Assembly: GCA_951406725.2 (NCBI GenBank)
Contig: OX597825.1
Span: 3,472,001-3,536,000, forward strand
Length of the DNA stretch: 64,000 bases
DNA from: Octopus vulgaris
Taxonomy: Eukaryota
Reading direction: 5' to 3'
Both the position numbers and the translations under genes were made by a program. Of this stretch, positions 27,640-40,203 are shown in pieces. The notes beneath the pieces were generated by a model. The model saw nothing but the letters and a program-made list of their open reading frames with translations, made no database searches and was not told the DNA's origin. Each line of letters begins with the position of its first letter. The first letter of the stretch is position 1.

Positions 27640-28830
27640 ATCGAAGGTTTATAACTTGAGTTCCACCTAACCGATTCGATTGAAATTTCAGATATGCATT
27701 TGGTATGTTCCGACGTATTAGTCATAACAACTGCTTCCAATAATGTTCAATTTTCGCAAAATCTTGATCGATAATTATCGATTATTTCAAAAAGTTGTCC
27801 GATTTTCATCGAACTCCACATTCTTACCCAAGGATTTTCGTTTCATTATTATTATTTTTTTTTCAAATTCCGTTTCGTTTGAGTATAGCACGGGAAAAAC
27901 CGACTCAAAAAATACCTTTAATGCAAGCCATAGTGCCGTAACCATTGATCGGATTAAAACCAAACACTGTAAACACATGCATTTTCACCCACTGAGTCTT
28001 ATGCCATGGTTCATTTTATTAAATCGCGCTTTGAGCACAATTCGACAAAATCTCACATTCGAACAAAATGCCTTTGTTGAGGTAGCTCCTGATTTGTTTT
28101 TCTCAGAACACTGACCCATTCCTTCTCCTATGCATAAACAACTACTGTCCACCTTGGTGTGCACAGATATTGTAACCCCTCGTGACCTCAAAACAGCCAC
28201 TGCCTATAACAATAAGCACCCGGCACTGAGGCTTTCCATTGCAATAAATGAAAGCGATTACTACGTGTAGCACGAGATAGTTAAAGCGATAACAGCCTCT
28301 GCACTGCACAAGCGACTGGTACGTACTTACTACTTCCTTAATCCATTTCACTAGCAGTAGTAACCGGCGTTGCACGGATCTTAATTAGTTACCATGAAAC
28401 AGCGGAAACATGAGGCCTTACGCTTGAGACAAGACGGTTTGTGGCATGACATTGTTAAAGCAATAACCTTCAAAACCTCTTAAATCAAATCAATATCCAA
28501 GTTGCTTTTCAAAACGTAATATATTATTGCGCTGTTTACGGTTTCCGTGTACGTGTGCTTTCGGGTGAAGACGGGCGAAACTGCTGAACCACCAGACCGA
28601 TTTGCTTGAAATTTCCAATATTGATTAGGTATGTTCCCAGGCATGTTTTAGTCATGAAAACTGTTTCGATCAATGTTCGGTTTTCGCAAAAGCTCGGTTG
28701 TAAAAAAAATTATGAACCATGTTGCCGAGACAACCATCCTCTCCGGATGCGGAAACGGTGAGGATGTATTCATTCCCGGGGTACAAAGGCAATTTCCCAC
28801 AAATATTCTTCATATTTTGCTGGTAGATTA
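27640..28830. mobile_element. Helitron fragments, including a PIF1-type helicase remnant
   Basis: ORF 28673..28888 contains VVKKIMNHVAETTILSGCGNGEDVFIP..QRQFP, matching the Helitron helicase motif VKKLMxxVIEATILTGxxxGEDVFIPRI...RLQFP. Two homologous ~95-bp segments occur at 27670-27760 and 28596-28691. A hairpin+CTAG 3' end lies on the minus strand at ~28350-28380. Confidence 0.7.
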
Positions 28831-29084
28831 CTGGGGTAAGACTTTTGCGAATATGAAATTATTATTATATGTATATGGTGTGTTATGACAATTTATGGAA
28901 AGACATCTCGTATATGCACAAAACGTATGTTAAAAAATGAAGAATAGTTCTTGAAATATAAAAATATAAGTTCGTTTCTGCTTAATTTTTTTTTATATTT
29001 TGCATTTATATATTTTTCATTTTAAAATCTCTTGTCAATTTTTAACATACATATTTTTTACTACAATTTTTAACATACATTAAA

Positions 29085-30225
29085 CACTGAAAATGCTCTG
29101 AGACCAACTTCCGTCACTTTCCAGGGAGAAAAACTAGAAATCGTTGATAGTTTCCGTCACCTAGGTGACCAAGTCAGCGGCGGGGGCGGGTGTGCTGAAA
29201 GTGTAACTGCTAGAGTAAGAATAGCTTGGGAAAAGTTCAGAGAGCTCTTACCTCTGCTGGTGACAAAAGGCCTCTCGCACAGAGTAAAAGGCAGACTGTA
29301 TGATGCGTGTGTACGAACAGCCATGTTACATGGCAGTGAAACATGGGCCGTGACTGCTGAGGACATGCGTAAGCTCGCAAGAAATGAAGCCAGTATGCTC
29401 CGATGGATGTGTAATGTCAGTACTCATACTCGGCAGAGTATAAGTACATTGAGAGAAAAGCTGGACCTAAGAAGCATCAGTTGTGGTGTGCAAGAGATAC
29501 GTTTGCGCTGGTATGGGCATGTGGCGAGAATGGATGAAGATAGTTGAGTGAAAAAGTGCCAAACCCTAGCGGTTGAGGGAACCTGTGGAAGAGGCAGACC
29601 CAGGAAAACCTGGGACGAGGTGGTGAAGCACGACCTTCGAACTTTAGGTTTCACTGAGGAGATGACTAGAGACCGAGACCTCTGGAAGTGTGCTGTGCGC
29701 GAGAAGACCCGGCAGGACAAGTGAGACCATAACCCATGGCCTTGTACATGGGATGGAGCCAGCCTACGTATGCATACCTTCCCTTCTTGGGACACAAAAC
29801 TCTACTTGTGAAGACCTGTTGAGGCAAGTGAGGATCAGAATCGAAATCGATCAATGGAAATTGCAGATGTGTTACCAGTGCCGGTGGCATGTAAGAGAAC
29901 CATCCGTTCGTGACCGTTGCCAGCGCCGCCCCGACTGGCCTCGTACCGGTGGCACGTAAAAAGCACCATCCGTTCGTGTCCGTTCCCAGCGTCGCCTGGC
30001 CCCCGTGCCGGTGGCACATAAAAAGCACCGTCCGTTCGTGGCCGTTTGCCAGCTCTGTCTGGCACCTGTGCGGGTGGCATGTAAAAAGCACCCACTACAC
30101 TCATGGAGGGGTTGGCGTTTGCAAGATCTCACTAGGCCTGATGAAGCCTTCCGGCTTCACAAACCCCAGTTGAACCGTCCAACCCATGCCAGCATGGAAA
30201 GCGGACATTAAATGATGATGATGAT
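29085..30225 (+). mobile_element. 5'-truncated RTE-clade LINE (RT C-terminus, 3' UTR, (TGA)n tail)
   Basis: Translation LEIVDSFRHLGD...RVRIAWEKFRELLPLL...KGRLYDACVRTAMLHGSETW...RLRWYGHVARM...GRGRPRKTW is typical of RTE elements. One in-frame TGA at ~29545. Tail atgatgatgatgat at 30211-30224. Confidence 0.92.
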
Positions 30226-31595
30226 ATTGGAGTTTCTATGGGATACCTTCCACAAACTCTCATAACACACCATACACTCACACGCACACAAACACACACA
30301 GATATATATATATACTTATATATACATATATATATATATACTTATATATACATATATATATATATATGTATGTATATATATATATACATTGATTGCATAG
30401 GATGAGTACAAATGATAATTCACACACAGACGTGAACATGGTCTAGCATTACCCGTTATCGCCCAAAAACATAACAATTTCACACCGTTGGCGATAAATT
30501 TTTTTTTTTTTTAGTTTGGTGGCGTCAACAGCAACATGCCGTTAGGGATAGATGGGCTAAAGTAAATGACAGTCACGAAAGCAAAACAGAAAAACAAGAC
30601 GCGAAGATAGTTGGGAAAATATATAAATATACAGGGAAAGTAACGGCCTTGCGGCTATGAAACACTATTAAATCTAGACAGGTGTCGAAGTAACGCTAAT
30701 GGAAAATGATGTTCTATTGGAATGATGAAGAAAGTAAAGATGTATACAGAAAGGGAGGAAGAAAGAAAATAAGGTAGAAAAAAGAAAGAAAGAACAATAG
30801 AAATATAGGTGGGAAACAGACACGCATATTATGAAGAAATACGGAGACTAGATCGTGATCAAAAAGAATACACACTTCAGCCACCAGCATAAATTGATGC
30901 GGAGGTTTTTCAATCTGCTGGAGAGCAAATATTTGCAGTCATCAAATCGTATGTTTGGAATCGTCGGTGAACATGTCATTATTTCTTCTTGAGTTGATTC
31001 TCTGGAAGATGTTTAAAATGTTCGAATTATCTTAATAGCTATTCCACTAAGTTTGAATTCGGTACCACAGAACACGTGACTTTTTGCAGTCTGGTAACGA
31101 ATGGAAATGAAGCTATATTAGAAATGACGTGTGTATGCTTAATATGTTTATTTGGGTACGTATGTCAATGTCTGTCAGAATATATGTGTGTACGTGGAGT
31201 GGGGGTGAATGTGTGTGTGTGTGTAAATATTCGGATTCCCTAAATTTATAACTAATCTTAAGAATACCTACAGCGGGAACTTGAACTCGTACCTAATGGG
31301 TTTTATCTATCACGTATACTACACTGCGACCATTCTGAGGTGCAACAACGTGTTAGTCGATTTATCACTCTCAACTCCCCCACTACTTGTTATATAAATC
31401 TTCCACTTGCTGGAACTCTCGGTTTTGGATAAATATGTAAGCAAACACCGCCATTCAAGTGGATAAGCAGCAAAGAGAAAAGGACAGATGCAGGGCAACG
31501 CAGATGGGGCATACATTCATTTGCATGCGTTAGCAATATGCACGCACAATCATTTATATCTATCTATCTATCTATGTATATATCTATATATATAT

Positions 31596-31654
<59 letters not shown>

Positions 31655-31734
31655 TCCCGGGTTGAATCGGGGTTAACCACAGTAAATAAGGTACTCAATA
31701 CATAGCAGAGTAAATTAATTTATTTTATAGAAGG

Positions 31735-31785
31735 AGCTTCTACAGGACTAGAACTGTTTCATTCAAAAGAAATCATCAGGAAGCT
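31735..31785 (-). ncRNA. Type I minimal hammerhead ribozyme
   Basis: Exact reverse complement of 33610-33660. Confidence 0.75.
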
Positions 31786-33176
31786 AGTAGACAAGAGTTG
31801 TTTTGGCATTTATACATTTAGGCAGGTTTAAATGGGTGGTGGTGGTGGGGGACATTTTTGGGGGTAGGCATGGCGCAAAACTGTCATTATAAGGGGAGTG
31901 GTCAAAGGAATCGGTGGTAAAGTAGATAAAAGAATAAATAAAAGAATAAAAAATAAAAAAAATATATAAATAGAAAAATAGGGTTTTAGGCAGGCAGGGA
32001 GACTCCCACTTGTACATCCACATATATATATATACACATATATACACCCGCATATTCACATATATCTATACAAATACATACATACCCACACATACATACA
32101 TATATATATATATACATACATACACATACATATACACACATATATACATACATATATACATACATATATACATATATATATACATACATACACATACATA
32201 TACACACATATATATATACATACATATATATACACATATATATACACACACCCATGCACGCACACACATACACTCATATACATACACATACATACATATA
32301 TGTGTACCCACTCGCACAAACATATACAAATGCACATACATGCACACACACACACACCCTTACTCTCCCATTTTAATTTTATTATTTTTACTACCCCTGT
32401 CTATATCTCTATTTTTACTTCCATCTTGACCGGTCAATCGGTCTCAAGGGACGATCCAAAGACTCCGTCCATCCGTCTACTTACCTACACGAACGCAAGC
32501 ACCCACTCACGCCCACACACCCACACGCACACACACGTACGTGCCACATCCATACACGCACACATCCACATACACTCACGTACACCCACATACACGCACA
32601 CACACACACACCCCAACACACCCACAGAAGACCAGTCCATGTGTTATATTCATACACGCATACATCTACACACATTCACGTATATTCACATACACGCATA
32701 CACATACATACCTCATCACACTCACAGAAGACCAGTCCATACACATACACCAACCAATATATATACGCACATACATACACACACACATACACATACATAC
32801 ATATACATACACATATACATATATATATATATATATACATATATACTCATACACATATACATACACATACACACTCACACATATATACACACACACATAC
32901 ATATACATATACATATACATATATATATATATATATATATAAAGGGAAGCTTTATGAAAATATATACACATATACACACATACACATACACATATACATG
33001 CGCACACATACACACACACACGCGCGCATCCAAATATACACACAAGTGCATACATGCATAAATGTATACATATGTCTACACACATGCACACACATCCACA
33101 TACACACGCGCCTCCCCATGTTCATAAAACCATACATGCATACAGGCATATACATACACACATACATGCATACTCA

Positions 33177-33211
<35 letters not shown>

Positions 33212-33609
33212 TAATAATGATAATAATAAAAATAATAAATATATATACGTGCAGTTACCCATTATACAAACGGACACATACATATAAACATACCCATATA
33301 TACCTATTTACACATATGTATATATACATACATACACACATAACTCTACATACCTACATATACATAAACACACAAGCGTACATATATATATATACATAAA
33401 CACACAAGCGTACATATATATATATATATATATATACATATATATACATATATATATATATTATTCTTTTATCTACCTTACCACCGATTCCTTTGACCAC
33501 TCCCCTTATATTGACAGTTTTGCGCCATGCCTACCCCCAAAAATGTCCCCCACCACCACCCATTTAAACCTGCCTAAATGTATAAATGCCAAAACAACTC
33601 TTGTCTACT

Positions 33610-33660
33610 AGCTTCCTGATGATTTCTTTTGAATGAAACAGTTCTAGTCCTGTAGAAGCT
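33610..33660 (+). ncRNA. Type I minimal hammerhead ribozyme
   Basis: AGCTTC-CTGATGA-t-TTC-tttt-GAA-t-GAAAC-AG-ttctagtc-CT-GTA-GAAGCT. Stem I is AGCTTC/GAAGCT, the CUGAUGA and GAAA core is intact, stem III is CAG/CTG, and the cleavage triplet is GUA. Stem II opens with a U-U mismatch. Confidence 0.75.
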
Positions 33661-33671
33661 CCTTCTATAAA

Positions 33672-33707
<36 letters not shown>

Positions 33708-33809
33708 TTACATGAATATGTATATACACACATATGCACACATGCACACATGCACACTCGAGTGTCTGCTGAAAGGCTGTTCAAGATAATCTTATGTGAT
33801 GTGAGCAAA

Positions 33810-34300
33810 TGATTTTTATTTTTCAACATCTCCGGCAGGTGTTTCTGTTCATCATTAGTGATGAAGATTTTCACTTCTTAACAAAAAAAATTAACAACAG
33901 TTACGACGTCGTTATCACTGCGATACGGGTTCACATGCAAACAACAATTTACATGATGGGCGGAAAATGATTGTCAGGTGGCGCCAGATCAGGAGCATAG
34001 TGTGGGTGCTCAATCTGGTCAAAGCAGGTTCACGCATCTCAAAAACTGAAACGATGCACTCTACAGATGAAATGAGGCTTCTTCAGTTTTTTCAAAGCAT
34101 TTTGTATCCCAAATGACTGAGGCCATCACCTTCACTGCAGATAAAATTACATTGACCTTCTTCGGAGTAGGCGTGGAAGGGTTTTACAACTACAGAGATT
34201 GTTTCTTGAGTCTTTGGCTCAAAGTGATACAGCTGACGCTCATCCGGTGAGATATCAGTATATTTGGAAAAAAATGCAGGTTTCAATAAAAATATATGAA
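33810..34300 (-). mobile_element. Decayed Tc1/mariner transposase remnant
   Basis: The minus strand gives PDERQLYHFEPKT (GDETWLYHFEPET-like) and EHPHYAPDLAPPDNHF (HPPYSPDLAPSDYHLF-like). Confidence 0.8.
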
Positions 34301-34536
34301 AATAATGAAGGGAAGATTTCCCATCGCTTACTAAATGTGCCGCGCAGTGGGACTGAAATCGAAATCCCATGGCTACAAAACAAGCTTCTAAACCAGACAA
34401 CTGTATTATTTCGATTGTTTGCTTTTTTCTTAAATATTCCTTTAAAGTTCAGACAATCCCTCGATAAAGTCGCTTCGTATATTACACATTATTGTTTGAT
34501 ACCCTTTCTCCCCCTCTATAAAGATATTTATGCATG

Positions 34537-34583
<47 letters not shown>

Positions 34584-34602
34584 AATATTCATGTATATAT
34601 AT

Positions 34603-34830
34603 TTGTTTGCTCCCTACAAGGGGCTAAACACAGAGAAGACAAACAAGGACAGACAAAGGGATTAAGTCGATTATATCGACCTCAGTGCGTAACTGGTACT
34701 TAATTTATCGACCCCGAGAGGATGAAAGGCAGAGTCGACCTCGGCGGAGTTTGAACTCGGAACGTAACGACAGACGAAATACGGCTTTGCATTTCGCCCG
34801 GCGTGCTAACGTTTCTGCCAGCTCGCCGCC
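34603..34830 (-). mobile_element. Full-length OK-like SINE
   Basis: Close to the reverse complement of 44006-44240 along its whole length. Confidence 0.9.
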
Positions 34831-35367
34831 TTTTCATGCATATGTATGTATGTTTGCATGTATTTGTATATGTATGATTTTACTTTCGCTGTTTGAGTTA
34901 CTTATCTTGATATAGATTAACGATATTTACATTTACATCATTGCCACACTGCAGTATTTTTATTTGATTTACACATTTATCGCATTGCTAGGAATGCAAA
35001 CTCGAGGAAATTTTGCTGATGGTTTATACATAAATATCCTCTAGTGTATGAAATTCAAAAATTTTCTGTAATTCGTTATGCCCCAAAATTTCAGAATATT
35101 CATAATTTCGTACGTCATTTGCATCTTAACACCAATACGCACAAATTAGTGCGCAACATCAGGTGGGAATGTTACATATCTCTAATGCCGTGAGCAAGTA
35201 ATGTTTAGAATCATTTCGTTTGTGGTTAGGGGGACACACGTTTCAAAACAGCCGCAATCTATGATGTAATCCAACAGTTTTCCATATAAAAAATATAACG
35301 TAATCATCTTTTTAAGAAGTTTAGCAAGTTATTTCGGTATTTTAATGAGGGTGTCTATATCAAACGT

Positions 35368-35406
<39 letters not shown>

Positions 35407-36405
35407 CTCCCTGTCTCTCTATCTTTCTCTGTCTAAATATCTATATCTCTCAATACATATATATATAATATTACGTAATACAATATACATATGGATTATT
35501 ATTTTCTGGTGGGGATACAGTATTTCGTTTTGGAATCATGATATATTACACAGTATATGTAAGGGTTATATATCAATATGATGTTATACTTTGTGTTGCA
35601 AGTGCGCTATTTTCCTTTTTCAGTAATTCTACAGAATTGAATTTACAGATAGTAAATTTCTATTGAATTCACAGATAGTGCTTTTACGACGTCTTTATAA
35701 AGAATACAATCGTAAGTGGAATACTAGGCAATATGTGTATATGCATATTTCAGGAATTATTGTTCTTTCTACGACACCACATTGAGTCCATTAACTGCCC
35801 CCGAATACATGCTTAAATAACTTATTCATAGTATTAAATTTGAAACATATCTGGAGAAGCGTGTGAGTACATATTGATGGCAGGCAGACCGTATTTAGAT
35901 TTGCAACCATAATACACTACCAAGAATTAAAACAATTATATGTAAATGTGTATCCTACGTTAACTCCCTTTCCTTTTTCTATTTCCCCATTTTCTTCGAT
36001 TTTGTTTCTCTCAATATATTTGTTTCTTTCAATCCATCATATAAAGTTACTTGACCTTTTTTACATCTTTTTATAGTAGATTTCCAGATATCTATGATTA
36101 AACGTATATGAAGATAAAAGTTTATCGAATCCCACTTTTCATACTCATACCCATAAATTAATTTACTATAAGCATTTATTTCTTTATTTCTTTGTTAATA
36201 TATGCATGTACGTATGGATGTATGTATGGTATGTACGTATGCATGCATGCATGTATAATGTATGTATGTATGTATGTATGTATGTATAGTGTGAAGGTTT
36301 TTCCAAATAAAATTGCACTCAATTTTGAAACTTCAGTAAAGTCATAAGTTCATTACATCGTAGAGTATGAAAATGCTTGACAATTTCTTAGTGCGTGTCA
36401 TTATA

Positions 36406-36503
<98 letters not shown>

Positions 36504-36759
36504 CAGAGACAGAGAGACAGAGAGACAGAGAGAGACAGAGAGACAGAGTGAAAGTTGGAAACGCTAGTTAATCACAGTCGGGATGGCGAAGTTACAGAAA
36601 TTGAGGGAAAACATTTTTACTGAGAAGCAGCTATATCCAAAACTAATTTGTGTATTTGTGAGTAAAGTTTTAGAGATGAGATAATACCGAATGTGAAGGA
36701 CTCTGGACCAGATTTAGTTCAAGGGCACTGGTTTAAGAAATGAATTACTTACATAGGAG

Positions 36760-36935
36760 ACTGAAGTGATTCAGGGATTGCAGTTTCTCCGGCGCCAGTG
36801 TATCCCGTCAGCATGTCGTGCAACTTGGAATTTTTCTGCATCAAATTGAATGTAGTTTTCCTCAGTCCAACTGAATATTGCATCCAACTCTTGTTGGATA
36901 TGTGTAATATTCCCATGATTCTATAGTGCCTGAGA
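36760..36935 (-). mobile_element. CR1/L2-like LINE RT fragment
   Basis: The minus-strand frame NITHIQQELDAIFSWTEENYIQFDAEKFQV matches the LQxDLDxxxxWxxxNxMxFNxxKxxV motif that follows YADD. Confidence 0.75.
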
Positions 36936-36943
36936 GATATTTG

Positions 36944-36986
<43 letters not shown>

Positions 36987-37738
36987 TACACACAAAGACA
37001 AACCCACATATTTAAGATAATCTCTTACATCCTAGAAGTGATGGAACCATATGGTTTGAAAAACATCTAAGTATTAATACATTGTAGTTTCATTATCTTT
37101 TAAACAGTTTCAATTTAGCGTTAATGGAAGCGAGGTTTTATAATAATAGTTGATTACAAGTATATATTCTGAGTCCTATTTAATAAACTTAATGTCTCAA
37201 TTAGTTACTGGTAAGTTTACATTTAAGCTTGTAAAGCTAATGTATATTAATGAGTTTGTAGTGTTTTTATTATTAACTTTTGAATTATGAAATAATGTAT
37301 TTCAATCATAATTATTATATTATTCGTTAAATTAAATTCAATCATGTTTGTTTTGTTTCGGAGAGAATTGAAATAAAGCTTTCACATTTTTTTGATGGTC
37401 AGATTATTATTTGTATGAATTTAAAGATTGGCTGCTATTTAGTATATAATTTAGTTATTGTAGGTTTATTATTAAAATAGATAGAGATGTGCATAGATTT
37501 ATGTGTTTCTTGTAGTTTCTTTGGTATGTGTGCTCCCTAACAGTACCTATTTTAGTTGACACAGCTGGATTGAGTGGCACTGTCCAGGTTTCGAAAACAT
37601 AATGATATCCTTGGGGCAACAAATAATGGATGTATGTTGGATTGTTGGTATGGCTGTTTCTGTACATGTGGAATAGTGTTATAACACATCCATTCGATTT
37701 ATATATATACATACATAATATGTGACAATTATTTGGTA

Positions 37739-37809
37739 GCCATGATAAAACTTCGAGTTTCGGATGTTGGGGCGGAAACCCACGCCAGCAACTCGTCAGT
37801 TATGGGGCC
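37739..37809 (-). ncRNA. Degenerate type I hammerhead ribozyme in an inverted Penelope pLTR
   Basis: ccATAA-CTGACGA-gttgctggcg tgggtttc cgccccaac-atcc-GAAAC-tcgaa-GTT-TTATcatgg. The core is intact, loop III carries palindromic TCGA, and stems I and II are imperfect. Confidence 0.6.
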
Positions 37810-37819
37810 ATCGAAAAGA

Positions 37820-38215
37820 ATACTATGAAAATGACCGTTAAAACAAAGAGAAATTACTGTTTGATCGACCATTATTAAGACAAAAAAGCTATTAGAATGA
37901 CCGCTAAATATGAAACCAGCTGTTCATGCAGGGATAAAAATTTGTGCCCGCTAAATGGAGCTTGCATGTACGAGACCATCATTTATGAAACCACCGTGGA
38001 CTCTATACCCACTAAGGACACGATTTCGATGAAGAAATACGTGGGCCTTAGAGACGGTAAATTTCAAGGCCAGGGTCAATAATCACACCTTTAGTTTTAG
38101 GCACTGATATAAAAGGAAAAGGGCCAAATTATCCATTCATATATGGTCCTCAAAAGGTAAAGGTATCAGGTACAACATTCATTGGTAGATCTTAACCAAG
38201 TGTAAGCCCTAATTT
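37820..38215 (+). mobile_element. Penelope-like element GIY-YIG endonuclease fragment
   Basis: SCSCRDKNLCPLNGACMYETIIYETTV...KKYVGLRDGKF matches PLE CxC..CPLxGxC..IVY..YIG. After a frameshift it continues as NNHTFSFRH...LSIHIW. Confidence 0.85.
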
Positions 38216-38256
38216 GTTGCTCATCTTTCCATCCTGTCGATGGGGGCCAGTCTTAC

Positions 38257-38315
38257 GGTAATGAGTATATGCATCAGCTACGGGCTTCATATATTTGAGT
38301 TTTTGGACAGTCCAC
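38257..38315 (-). CDS. Candidate exon WTVQKLKYMKPVADAYTHY
   Basis: Acceptor ttcatacctggtAG and donor ACC|GTAAGA. Only one frame is open (phase 2 to 1), and it is compatible with exon 26348-26457. Confidence 0.4.
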
Positions 38316-38549
38316 CTACCAGGTATGAACATTGAAATTATTATGTAATTCCGTAATATCTCATATTCGGCACTCACAACGCATCGTGTATGGATACGAA
38401 AAACCAAATATATATGAAACAAGAAATATTCAGTTCTGCCTTATATCATTACGTAAATGTTTGCGAATAAACGTTGTGTGACGTTGCTTATCTGTGATAC
38501 ATCGGTAACATATGTGCATAAACTTTTAGCAGTTAATAACTTCGAATTC

Positions 38550-38760
38550 TAAGGTGTTGACCTCGCAGATTCGCGAGCATCCCGTACAAAATGCTTAGTG
38601 GTTATTCGTCCGCCTTTACGCTTTCCGTTCTAATTCCCCTAAGGTTGACATTGGCGTTTATTCCTTCGAGATGGATAAAATAATAACAGTTCAGCACCTG
38701 AGTTTATATAATTGACTTAGCGACACTCAGGAAATTGCTAGCATGTGCCGAGATATGAAA
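38550..38760 (+). mobile_element. Diverged OK-like SINE
   Basis: aaatgcttagtggttattcgtccgcctttacg...aattcccctaaggttgacattggcgtttattccttcgagatggataaaataa aligns by eye to 44006-44240. Confidence 0.55.
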
Positions 38761-39118
38761 AAAAAAATTCAAGCTCTTTCTTCGAACATTAAATATATTC
38801 GAACTGAGAATCTAAAACACATATTTTTCTACACATAGATTCCCCAGACGAATAATGTTAGAAAGAGTGGATATATATGTATGTATATATGTGTGTGTGG
38901 GTGTGTGTCTGTGTGTCCGTGTGCGTATGTTTCTATGTCTGTGTTTTGCGCGCGTGCGAGTGTGTATGTTGTATGTGTGCATACATGAGAGTAATTTTGT
39001 TTCTATTATTTGCAGAAATTGGAATATTTATATGTGTCAATCAGTCAATAAATGTGTATCTAAATATACAGAATGGCGGATAGGAAAGTACATACACACA
39101 CACACACACACATATATA

Positions 39119-39172
<54 letters not shown>

Positions 39173-39587
39173 AGTATGTCTGTTTGTATAAATATACATA
39201 TGTAAAGAGAGATGGAGAGAGAGATGGATGGAGAGATAGATTTATAAAATCCGTTATGTAGTGGCTTTTATTCAACCAACTATTTCCAAAAACAAGTCTA
39301 TGAGAAATATTTAACAACTGAAATTCTATTGGCAATGGTTGGTTTTGTTAAAGGAAATTTACTTCTAAAAAGTTAATGACGCACAAAAGACATCGGCGCA
39401 GCTAATAAGAATCTATATTCAAGAATTGTACACTAACTCATTGATATCTTCGTCATTGTCATTTCAAACAGACGCCCAAAAGATCAAGGATTTATTTTCT
39501 GTAATTAATTTTGCTTATGAAAGCCAAATTATTTGCTTGAACGCAATGGAGTTATTAAAATTGTATTTTGTATAGAAACGTCGATGG

Positions 39588-39741
39588 TAATAATAGTAAT
39601 AGTAATAATAATTATAATATTGATAATAACAATAATGATAATGATAATGATAATAAATATAATAATAATAATAATATTAATAATAATAATAATAATGATG
39701 ATGATGATGATGATAATACTAATAACAATAATAATAATAAC

Positions 39742-39797
<56 letters not shown>

Positions 39798-39826
39798 CAA
39801 TATTAATAATAATAATAATAATAATA

Positions 39827-39858
<32 letters not shown>

Positions 39859-39888
39859 AATAATAATGATGATGATAATAATAATAAC

Positions 39889-39947
<59 letters not shown>

Positions 39948-39988
39948 TGGTGATGATGATAATAATGATGATGCTGATGATGATGATG

Positions 39989-40055
<67 letters not shown>

Positions 40056-40203
40056 TTATAATAATAATAAGCAGAAGAAGATAAAGAAGAAGAAGAGGAG
40101 GAGTAGGAGGAGGAGGAGGGAGTAAAAGAACAACAACAACAGCAACGAGAGCAAGAGCAACAATAATAATAATAATAACTATAATAATAAAAATAATAAT
40201 ATT
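39588..40203. repeat. Compound trinucleotide microsatellite (AAT/GAT/GAA/GAG/CAA)
   Basis: Directly visible. Source of four spurious long ORFs. Confidence 0.95.

Larger units (their letters stand above)
31652..33677 (-). mobile_element. Non-autonomous Penelope-like element with inverted pseudo-LTR arms (31718-31937 and 33461-33677)
   Basis: ~220-bp inverted repeat differing by about 2 substitutions and one GGT unit. Each arm contains a hammerhead motif. A ~65-bp extension is present on the left arm only. Flanked by (TA)n on both sides. Confidence 0.75.

Noticed and set aside
29872-30095. CRISPR-like repeat-spacer appearance
   Set aside because: Eukaryotic context, spacers homologous to each other, located inside a LINE 3' UTR, and no cas genes.
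30139-30165. CTGATGA followed by the hairpin agcc-ttcc-ggct
   Set aside because: No GAAA follows the stem; it is the LINE 3'-terminal hairpin.
33765-33876. Exon candidate VKIFITNDEQKHLPEMLK...
   Set aside because: Better explained as the decayed C-terminal end of the mariner remnant.
36753-36929. Segment with AG and GTAAGT boundaries on the gene strand
   Set aside because: It translates as a frameshifted CR1-type RT fragment, not a host exon.
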